64,000 bases of DNA, taken from NCBI GenBank assembly GCA_965209055.1, contig OZ242374.1, positions 1,984,001 through 2,048,000 on the forward strand. The letters are read 5' to 3'. This DNA comes from Acidobacteriota bacterium (lineage in GTDB: Bacteria; Acidobacteriota; UBA6911; RPQK01; JAJDTT01). Shown in pieces: positions 1 to 7,717 of this stretch (position 1 is the stretch's first letter; every line of letters begins with the position of its first letter). The position numbers and the translations under genes are program-made. The notes beneath the pieces were generated by a model. That model was given only the letters and a program-made list of their open reading frames with translations, ran no database searches and was not told the DNA's origin.

Positions 1-170
1 AAGGTGCAGAGGGAGGACGATCATCCGCCAATCCCCCATGTCGGCGACAGGGTCTGGCTCTGCCGGCACCAGCTCTGAAGCCCGTCATTCTCATGGGCAT
101 TCTAACCGGGACGGGAATGGTGTTGTCCTGGTCCGGCCTGGCACTCCTGGACCCGGTAGGCAAGTGCAAC

Positions 171-1451
171 TTAACGCCCGGGTGGAGAGTTGGGGGACAG
201 GCTGTCTTCGCCGTTGGTCAACCACTCGATATCGAAATGGGCGAAAGTGATTTTTTCGTATGGCGTCTCATCACCGCGCTCATAAAGGCAGCCGATCGTC
301 ATGTCCGACAAAACGGTCAGGCACGAATAGGCTGAGGGACCCCCATGAAGTTGTTTGGCAACCGGCCAGCTTTTTCCCTCGTCGTAGCTGAGCCGAACGG
401 TCATGTTTCGCCTTTCCCGATCAGCAGGATTGGAGAACAAGATTCGATCTTTGGCGTAAAGGAGTCGGTCCGTGAATCCGAGCAGGCTGGCCTGGCAACG
501 GGGCTCGATAAGGGTCGGGTCCATGCTGACCTCACGCCAACTCATGCCCCCGTCAATGCTTCTGGCGGTCTTTCGGTGATTTTCAAATTGACCACGCATG
601 TTGATCAGCAGCGAACCGTCGGCCAACTCCACTAGCTGACTTTCATTTGTCTTCCCTTCCGCCTGCACCTCGCCGCCAATCCTCCACGTCTCTCCGTGGT
701 CATCGCTGTACATCACGTGCGATCCGTAATAGTCGAGTCCGACAAGATAGTAGCGCGGGATGATCAATCTGCCGCTCCGCGTCTGTATCCCTACCCCCGG
801 GCCGGGGGAACCGGCCTGCCATTCGGGCTTCTTGACCATGGCGGTGACATCGATCGGCTTCGACCACGTCTGGCCGTTGTCTTCGCTCTTGACAGACCAC
901 AACATCACGGTGGGACCGTAGAGGCCGGGCCGGGCGTTCCGACTTCCGATACCCACCGGATAGTATCCGAAGAAGACCCGGATCGTTCCCGTGTGCCGGT
1001 CGACCACGGCACAGGAATCCGCAGCGGCTCCCTCTCCCACGTCCGCCAGCACCTTGAGCGCACCCCAGGACCGGCCGCCATCCATGCTGCGTTTCATGAC
1101 TATATCGATGTTGTTGGGAGCATCACCCGTGCGATTGACTCGAGCATCGCAGATCGCCAGCAGGCTTCCGTCGTTGGCTGTGACCAGCACGGGAATTCGG
1201 TATTCGGTCACCCCATCTTCACCCGCGACAAAGACATCCGTCTGTTCGAAGAGTTGGTCCTGAGCGGTCAGTGGTGCTGAGGCCCTTGCTGCAAGCACGA
1301 GGAACGCGATCGTGGCCAGACGCGGTGTTCGTCCTGCCTTTGTTTTGGTCCGTGGGCTGAAGCCCACGGCTCTGTGGGATAGCGGCGACTCCTTCAGAGC
1401 CGCAAACTTCAGCCTGCGGGCCCCGTGCACCACTGGATTTTTCTTTTTCAT
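171..1451 (-). CDS. Secreted exo-alpha-sialidase (GH33, BNR/Asp-box repeats)
   Basis: YRIP motif; Asp-boxes SMDGGRSW, SEDNGQTW, SDDHGETW, SIDGGMSW, SYDEGKSW; C-terminal AYS and YE motifs; signal-like h-region; AGGAAGG RBS before TTG/ATG at 1454/1451. Confidence 0.9.
   Translation of the reverse strand: MKKKNPVVHGARRLKFAALKESPLSHRAVGFSPRTKTKAGRTPRLATIAFLVLAARASAPLTAQDQLFEQTDVFVAGEDGVTEYRIPVLVTANDGSLLAICDARVNRTGDAPNNIDIVMKRSMDGGRSWGALKVLADVGEGAAADSCAVVDRHTGTIRVFFGYYPVGIGSRNARPGLYGPTVMLWSVKSEDNGQTWSKPIDVTAMVKKPEWQAGSPGPGVGIQTRSGRLIIPRYYLVGLDYYGSHVMYSDDHGETWRIGGEVQAEGKTNESQLVELADGSLLINMRGQFENHRKTARSIDGGMSWREVSMDPTLIEPRCQASLLGFTDRLLYAKDRILFSNPADRERRNMTVRLSYDEGKSWPVAKQLHGGPSAYSCLTVLSDMTIGCLYERGDETPYEKITFAHFDIEWLTNGEDSLSPNSPPGR
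1350..1419. repeat. Inverted REP-like doublet inside the 5' end of the sialidase ORF
   Basis: CCGTGGGCTGAAGCCCACGG palindrome (1350-1369) followed by CTCT; degenerate inverted partner AGAGCCGCAAACTTCAGCCTGCGG (1396-1419). Confidence 0.7.
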
Positions 1452-1466
1452 CAAACGTTGCCTTCC

Positions 1467-3881
1467 TTAGTTGCCCACCGGAGGTAGATCCGACGGCAGC
1501 ACGTACGTCCCCCGAATCCAGGAACAGCGATATAGATAAGGACTGGTGGCCGGCCAGGCGACTGCGGTATCGTCCGTGTAGTTCACCACGAAGATCCGTC
1601 CGTCCGGCAAAGTGGTCCATCCGGAGTATCCCTGGTCGATACCGAACACACTGGCCTCGATCTCGATCACATGATCGAGCTGATACTGGTCCGGGAATCC
1701 ATCTCTTTCCGCCACCCAGGACGTTCGGTGCAGCTTGCCGTTGAGATCCGTAACGGTCGCCTCCACCCGCTTCCACAGGCTAAGACCCGTCACCTCGGGC
1801 ACGATTTGCGGGGCAAACATCTGCATCCGCACCCACTCCGACGTCGGCAGGTAGACATCGGGCTGCGGATAGTTGCCAAAGGAGAGAAGAAGGGGGCTGG
1901 CGGGAGGTGGAGACCAGCTGTGCTTGAGGCGACGACTGTCGAGCTTGGAGGTTTCGAGCTGGAGTTTGTCGTCTATGAGAATCTCCACCTGTCCCCGGTC
2001 ACTCGTCACACGATAGGTGTGGTACTGGCCAGGAGTAATCGCTGCCGAAATCGTCTCGTCCCCCACGAAATCGACGCGATCCGGAAAAATCCGCAATTGT
2101 CCAGCAAAGGGAATTGCGATGGTGGCCGCCTGACCCCGATTCTCTTTAACCAGGACTTCGGCCGTCAGCTCGATTCGGCCTTTCGGACCGTGTGGTGGTC
2201 GCAACAAGTACCTCGTGAACTGGCCACTGCGCCCATCGCTGTCGATGTAAAGAGCTCCATCCTTGAGGCCCTTGCTGGAGCGATCGTTGAAGTGGATCCC
2301 GCCAATCTGAAAGCCGACCCTTTCCATGGGATCCTCCACCCAGGCCCGCAGTGCTGGACGGCCCATGTAGCTTCGGGTTGTCAGCATGATCCGCCCGTCG
2401 GAGAGAAAGTCCGCTTTTACGCGTCCTGATATTGGAATTGGCAAATCCTCGGGCTGAGACCAGGTCTTGCCCCCGTCCTGGGAGAATATGCGAAACGCCG
2501 GATAGCCATCCTCTCTGCTCTCTCGGGCGTAGATAACCAGTCGCCCGTCCGGTATCTCCAGGATGCTGGCTTCGCTCCCGGAGTGGCCGCTTGCGGAGTA
2601 GGTGTCCAGTAAGGCACGAAGCTCCCAGCTTTGGCCCAGGTCGGTGGATCGGAACACCTGGAGCCTCTCCCGGGGACGATCTTCCGAATCCGTCTCTGAG
2701 CGGGGCACGAGATCGGAGCTGGCCAGGAACCAGGTCCCGTCGGATGCTTCCAGGAGATGGCTCACAGCGTAGTGAGTCTCGAGTCCCAGTGTTCGCACGT
2801 CGAAGCTCCCGACGACGGTCCAGGTCTCGCCCTCGTCACGACTCCTTTTGATCTCGATGATCGGGACTTTCTCACCACTGATGAAGAGAAGGGATCCGTC
2901 ACGAAGGCGCTGAAGACGCTCATTGGTTCCATAGGAAGCCACCATCAGTCTCTCCGGTCCCCAGGTCTTGCCCAAGTCGTCGCTGATCCTGATGACCGAC
3001 TTGCCGAGACCGCCGTGTCGGAATCCGTCGCAATAGGTTGCGAGGAGCCTGCCGGAAGAAGTCGCAACGACGTCGGCAAAACCTTGCCAGCGATTCTGGT
3101 CTCGCGAGATTGTCACGTGGCGGCCGGGACGTCGCCAAAGCGATCGCATGCTTTGAAGCCTGAAACCGGAATCCGGCTTGACGACCCGGTTTTTTTTCGC
3201 CTGAGGGTGAGGCCTCACGCTCTCTCCCGTCGCCCATGGCTCTCCACGGATCAGCAAACTCTCGATGTCCGTCGCCTGCGGAAACTGCTCGACACGCGCC
3301 TCATTGATCTCGGAAACCGGGCTGATCAGAGGCGCGTTTTCGACCAGCAGAAACCAATCATCGTCCCCGCGCCCGCTGCTGGAAACATTCACTTCTCCGG
3401 CCCGAAGGTCGAGCTTGAGCTTGAAATCGTAAGGTGTTTGCGGACGGGCATAGCCCCCGAAATAATCGAGGCGCCCGTCGGAGGCCCAGGGAACCAGCTG
3501 CGACTGTTCTCCCGGCAAACCGCTGCCGTCGCGAATTCCGAAACGTACCGCAGGGTAGAATACGCCGGCCCTCCTCTCTCCCACCGTGACGATCTGAGCG
3601 GCCTGCGGATGGCCGTCCTGGTGGGGAACGGGATTGGCAGGCGTCATCATGAAAGTCGCGTAGACATAGGCGTCACCTCGAACCCCTTCGACGTCCACCC
3701 GGTGCGTTCGGACGTCCAGAGCGTGTTCCAGCGACTTCCCGTGGCGGTACCGGAACGAGTGGGAGCCGGTCTGCTCGGGCGTTTTCCTGGCAGACTCCTG
3801 AGCCTGGATCCCCAACCAGCCGCTCGCCAGCGCCGTGGCCAGTCCCAGATTGCGGATCCAGGCACCCCTGAATCGCTTCAC
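1467..3881 (-). CDS. Secreted BNR-repeat (sialidase-like) protein with additional beta-rich domains
   Basis: Signal peptide; Asp-boxes SDDLGKTW, SRDEGETW, STDLGQSW, SQDGGKTW; C-terminal DQGYSGW motif; no canonical FRIP/YRIP motif seen. Confidence 0.75.
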   Translation of the reverse strand: MKRFRGAWIRNLGLATALASGWLGIQAQESARKTPEQTGSHSFRYRHGKSLEHALDVRTHRVDVEGVRGDAYVYATFMMTPANPVPHQDGHPQAAQIVTVGERRAGVFYPAVRFGIRDGSGLPGEQSQLVPWASDGRLDYFGGYARPQTPYDFKLKLDLRAGEVNVSSSGRGDDDWFLLVENAPLISPVSEINEARVEQFPQATDIESLLIRGEPWATGESVRPHPQAKKNRVVKPDSGFRLQSMRSLWRRPGRHVTISRDQNRWQGFADVVATSSGRLLATYCDGFRHGGLGKSVIRISDDLGKTWGPERLMVASYGTNERLQRLRDGSLLFISGEKVPIIEIKRSRDEGETWTVVGSFDVRTLGLETHYAVSHLLEASDGTWFLASSDLVPRSETDSEDRPRERLQVFRSTDLGQSWELRALLDTYSASGHSGSEASILEIPDGRLVIYARESREDGYPAFRIFSQDGGKTWSQPEDLPIPISGRVKADFLSDGRIMLTTRSYMGRPALRAWVEDPMERVGFQIGGIHFNDRSSKGLKDGALYIDSDGRSGQFTRYLLRPPHGPKGRIELTAEVLVKENRGQAATIAIPFAGQLRIFPDRVDFVGDETISAAITPGQYHTYRVTSDRGQVEILIDDKLQLETSKLDSRRLKHSWSPPPASPLLLSFGNYPQPDVYLPTSEWVRMQMFAPQIVPEVTGLSLWKRVEATVTDLNGKLHRTSWVAERDGFPDQYQLDHVIEIEASVFGIDQGYSGWTTLPDGRIFVVNYTDDTAVAWPATSPYLYRCSWIRGTYVLPSDLPPVGN

Positions 3882-4029
3882 TGCCGAACCTCCGTTCTCC
3901 TTCCTTGGAAAAGCATCAGAAGTAGGAAAAGACGAGTAGAAGGCTATCCCGCTTTATGGGTATCTGTATAGCAGACAGCGTAGCCGAAAGACCATAGGTC
4001 GCTCTGCCGGATCGGATTCGCGGCCTGAG

Positions 4030-4300
4030 GTGTCAAGTGCCAGGACACATTGCCGGACAACCCCACTCGCACCACCGTGATCCCCTTGCCATAGTCCCAA
4101 CCCCGAGGCCGGGCCTGATAGGCTCGACGACTGGGCTGACAGCGTTGGGCCGGCACCTGCATCTGCAGCGCTTCATGGGGGCGAACCGGATTGTATTCCT
4201 GACGAAAATCCGCCAGCAGCGGGGCCCATTGGTTCAACTGCTGCGGTAGTCCTCCCCGATGACGGATCCCCGCCGACAGACTCCGATGAAACCGTTCCAC
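4030..4300 (-). pseudogene. C-terminal fragment of an IS481-like (integrase core) transposase
   Basis: ERFHRSL...FRQEYNPVRPHEALQMQVPAQR motif; N-terminus missing. Confidence 0.7.
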
Positions 4301-4556
4301 TGCCCCTTGGCGGCGGCGGCCCGCGGGTGGCGTGCGGAGTCATACTTGCCACGGGGAACTAAGCGGTGTCGTTCGCATACCTGGCGCTGGGGTGGGTGTA
4401 ATCGATGTCAACGCCGGCTCGAGTCTCGAGTGCCTCCCGTACACTCGCGGCCACGCGGACCGTGCAACCGCCCGCCTCACCGCGGAGGGCGACGACCAGG
4501 AAACGGATCGTCGGCCGGGCTAAGTTGGTGAGTCCGATGTTCGCCACACCCCGGTC

Positions 4557-4775
4557 GGAGGGGGGACTTTCCTGTCCCCCCGTCTTCTTCTTGGTTGCTA
4601 CGGGATTCGGTGAACCGACGGTGTAGAGGGAGGACCATCGTCCATCCAATCCCCCCAGGTCGGCGACAGGAAAGTCGCCGTTTCTATCGAAAGGAGGGGC
4701 GATTTCCAATCGCCCATTCTTCGTCGCCAAGATTGTCGCACCGGAGTTCGGCGGTTAGGAAACCGCCGCTCCTTT
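4557..4775. repeat. Cluster of REP-like palindromes downstream of coaE
   Basis: GGAGGGGGACTTTCCTGTCCCCC, CGGCGACAGGAAAGTCGCCG, GGAGGGGCGATTTCCAATCGCCC and CGGCGGTTAGGAAACCGCCGCTCC in alternating orientation; 4620-4670 resembles positions 3-52. Confidence 0.7.
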
Positions 4776-4858
4776 CCTTTTTCTACCGGGCGTCCGCCGG
4801 ACTGGGCCGGTGAGGGAGTTCCTATCGAAAAAATGTAGGGGCCCCCTTGTGGTTGCCC

Positions 4859-5470
4859 TCATTCGGCAAGTTGCAACAGCTTCCGGTGCACCTCCCGGAC
4901 CCGTTTCCGGGTCCGCCCCCGATCCCTGCTGCTGTCGATGACGAAATCGGCGAACCGGACCTTCTCCCCGACGGGCATCTGGGAGTCGATTCTCGCCTGG
5001 GCTTCTTCTCTCGTCAGTCCTCCCCGGCCCAGGAGGCGCTCCAACTGCTGCTCAGGACGGCAGGAGACCACCACCACGCAGTCGTATTTCCGATAGGAGC
5101 CCGTCTCCACCATGAGCGCGGCGTCCACCATGGCGAGGGCCGGCTCCGATGCAGCCTCCCGTTGCAACCGGGCCAACCGGCGGTCCAGTTCCTGGTGTAT
5201 TCGCGGGTGCACGATTCCGTTCAACCGCTGCCGCTGCTGCTCGTCCCCGAAGACGGCGGCGCCCAGCTTGGTCCGATCGATGACGGAGTCTTCTCCCAGG
5301 ATCCCGGTCCCGAAGTGTTCCACGATGTCCCGGTAGGCCGGCTCGCCGGGAAGGATGACCTGGTGGGCCACCTCGTCGGCATCGATGCAGCGGACTCCCA
5401 ACCGGCGGAACTCGTTCAGGGCAAAGCTCTTGCCGCAGGCGATCCCTCCCGTGAGTCCGATCTTGAGCAC
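4859..5470 (-). CDS. coaE: Dephospho-CoA kinase
   Basis: KIGLTGGIACGKS P-loop, IDADEVAH, LNGIVHP, ARIDSQM; GTG start at 5470. Confidence 0.95.
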   Translation of the reverse strand: MLKIGLTGGIACGKSFALNEFRRLGVRCIDADEVAHQVILPGEPAYRDIVEHFGTGILGEDSVIDRTKLGAAVFGDEQQRQRLNGIVHPRIHQELDRRLARLQREAASEPALAMVDAALMVETGSYRKYDCVVVVSCRPEQQLERLLGRGGLTREEAQARIDSQMPVGEKVRFADFVIDSSRDRGRTRKRVREVHRKLLQLAE

Positions 5471-5559
5471 GGGAGGATGATAGCAGCCTGGAGGACACCA
5501 CTCTTTTTTTGCAACCGGACAGACAAAGATGCCGTCTAGTACACTACGGACAAGGAAAG

Positions 5560-5916
5560 GGGGGCGACTGGATTCGACGGGAGTAGTTGAGGTCGTAGAT
5601 GCATGCCGAGGTGCCACCACCTCGTAAAACCGTGGCAAAAAACAACAAGTGCCAACGATGAGTTCGCACTCGCCGCGTAATTGACGCGGCCGTTCCGGCC
5701 TTCAGGCCCGCAGGGAGGTTCGGGGCGTCATTTCAGCGGGCTTGCCGGTTCCTTGCCCCTCCCTCGGCGGGGAACCGAGACCTCAATGAGGGACGATCCG
5801 GCTGGCGGCTTTTCCAGTTTCCATGCCAACTGGATCGGATCGGGAAACTGGATAAGCATGTAGATTCTGCCGCCGAAGGCTTCCGGACGTGGGTTCGATT
5901 CCCACCGCCTCCACCA
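5560..5916 (+). ncRNA. ssrA: tmRNA; tag peptide ANDEFALAA (5651-5680)
   Basis: 5' GGGGGCGACTGGATTCGAC; 3' T-arm GTGGGTTCGATTCCCAC and CGCCTCCACCA; acceptor stem with G3-U; tag ending LAA-stop. Confidence 0.97.
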
Positions 5917-6081
5917 ATTCCGCATCCAATACCGTCCAAATAATTCCATTTAAGTCTTATTTATCAGGTATTTAGGGTATTTCCTTGCCTAGACCGGTCC
6001 AGTAAGTTCCCTTGACAGCCGGGGGCATCTAGGGGCAATATTGGGGGCAGATCAGAAACATTTTATAGGAGTTGCCCCCAA

Positions 6082-7332
6082 ATGCCCCTTACCGCCACTG
6101 CCATCCGTCATGCGAGACCCTCTGCGAAGACCCGAAAAATGTTCGACGGAGGCGGTCTGTACCTGGAATTATCCCCCCGCGGCAACAAGTGGTGGCGGTT
6201 GAAATACCGCTTCGCAGGCAAGGAGAAACGGATTTCCCTCGGGGTCTATCCCGACGTGTCGCTGAAGGAAGCCCGGACTCGGCGCCATCAAGCCCGCCAA
6301 CTGTTGGCCCGAGAGATCGATCCCAGCGAGCACCGCAAAGCGCAGAGGGCGGCGTGGGTGCAACGGTCCGCCAACAGTTTCGAAGCCGTGGCTCGGGAAT
6401 GGTTCACCAAACATGCTCCAAACTGGGCCACGAGTCATGCCAACCGTGTCCTCAGCCGACTGGAGCGGGACATCATTCCGTGGATGGGCGGACAGCCGAT
6501 TGCCGACATCACCGCCCCTGAGTTGCTGGCGGTGGTGCGCCGGATCGAAAACCGGGGGGCTCTGGAGAGTGCCCACCGAACCCTTCGGATCTGCGGTCAG
6601 GTGTTTCGCTATGCAGTGGCGACGGGACGGGCGAAGCGTGACCCCTCCAGTGACTTGCGAGGCGCATTGCCGCCGGTCAAGAGAACCCACTTCGCCGCCC
6701 TGACCGAACCCAAGCAGGTTGGACCCTTGTTGCGGGTCTTGGACGGCTACCAAGGAACGCTGATCGTGCGCTGCGCCCTGCGCTTTGCCCCTTTGGTCTT
6801 CGTGCGGCCCGGGGAGTTACGCCAAGCCCAGTGGTCGGACATCGACCTGGATGCGGCCGAGTGGCGCTACACTGTCCGCAAGACCGACCTCCCGCATGTC
6901 GTTCCGCTTTCCCGTCAAGCGGTCGAGATCCTGCGCGAACTGCATCCCCTGACCGGGCAGGGACGCTATGTTTACCCCAGTGCCCGCACTCCGAACGGAG
7001 ATCGACCCATGAGCAACAATGCCGTTCTGGCCGCCCTGCGGCGCATGGGGATCGGCAAGGAGGAGATGACGGGCCATGGGTTTCGGCCGATGGCGAGAAC
7101 GATCCTGGATGAGGTGCTGGGCTTTCGTCCCGACTTCATCGAGCACCAGTTGGCCCACGCGGTGCGGGACCCCAACGGGCGGGCTTACAACCGCACGGCC
7201 TATCTGCCGGAACGGCGAAAGATGATGCAGGAGTGGGCCGACTACCTCGATCAACTGAAGGCTGATGTCGTTCCGATGCATCCAAAGCGACTGGATCAAG
7301 ACTCAGGAATCCACCTGAGCGGCGGTCTCTAG
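6082..7332 (+). CDS. P4-like tyrosine integrase with N-terminal arm-binding domain
   Basis: DGGGLYLE...WRLKYRFAGKEKRISLGVYPDVSL N-terminus; catalytic RPGE, HGFR, LAH and AYNR motifs. Confidence 0.95.
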   Translation: MPLTATAIRHARPSAKTRKMFDGGGLYLELSPRGNKWWRLKYRFAGKEKRISLGVYPDVSLKEARTRRHQARQLLAREIDPSEHRKAQRAAWVQRSANSFEAVAREWFTKHAPNWATSHANRVLSRLERDIIPWMGGQPIADITAPELLAVVRRIENRGALESAHRTLRICGQVFRYAVATGRAKRDPSSDLRGALPPVKRTHFAALTEPKQVGPLLRVLDGYQGTLIVRCALRFAPLVFVRPGELRQAQWSDIDLDAAEWRYTVRKTDLPHVVPLSRQAVEILRELHPLTGQGRYVYPSARTPNGDRPMSNNAVLAALRRMGIGKEEMTGHGFRPMARTILDEVLGFRPDFIEHQLAHAVRDPNGRAYNRTAYLPERRKMMQEWADYLDQLKADVVPMHPKRLDQDSGIHLSGGL

Positions 7333-7443
7333 TGTCAGCTCGTTTCCCGTTGAAAAAACCCAAGACATCCAGAGATCGCCTGCAAGGGAAGGGAACCGGC
7401 TTTCAATCTCTTGGGCGGCCTGTGGCGAGCGGCTTTCAAAGAG

Positions 7444-7530
7444 TGCCCGGGGTGGGAGTCGAACCCACATGGAGGGAGAACCTCCACAGGATTTTAAGTC
7501 CCGCGCGTCTGCCGGTTTCGCCACCCGGGC
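7444..7530 (-). tRNA. tRNA-Leu (anticodon UAA), long variable arm, CCA not encoded
   Basis: Reverse complement GCCCGGGTGGCGAAACCGGCAGACGCGCGGGACTTAAAATCC...GTGGGTTCGACTCCCACCCCGGGCA folds as a class II cloverleaf. Confidence 0.92.
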
Positions 7531-7717
7531 ATCCATCCACCCCTCCACCGGGGACCGGCGGACCGATCATATCCAGGAAGCGCGCCCGGAAGCCATGGCC
7601 GACGAATCCGTCGCCAGCCACCAGGGAAGATCCCGGCAAGGGTTTTCTCCGGTAGTGTATTCTCAACCTACGAGATCCCGGTTCCGGACCCGCACTCCCG
7701 GAAGAGGTGCGATCCTC

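Noticed and set aside
4330-4530. Possible gene fragment between the IS481 remnant and the REP cluster
   Set aside because: No frame gave a recognisable motif.
5728-5949. Small ORFs WWRRWESNPRP and similar
   Set aside because: Antisense translations of tmRNA.
7469-7717. N-terminal extension of the 732-aa ORF
   Set aside because: It overlaps the tRNA on the opposite strand; a better start with RBS lies at 7718.
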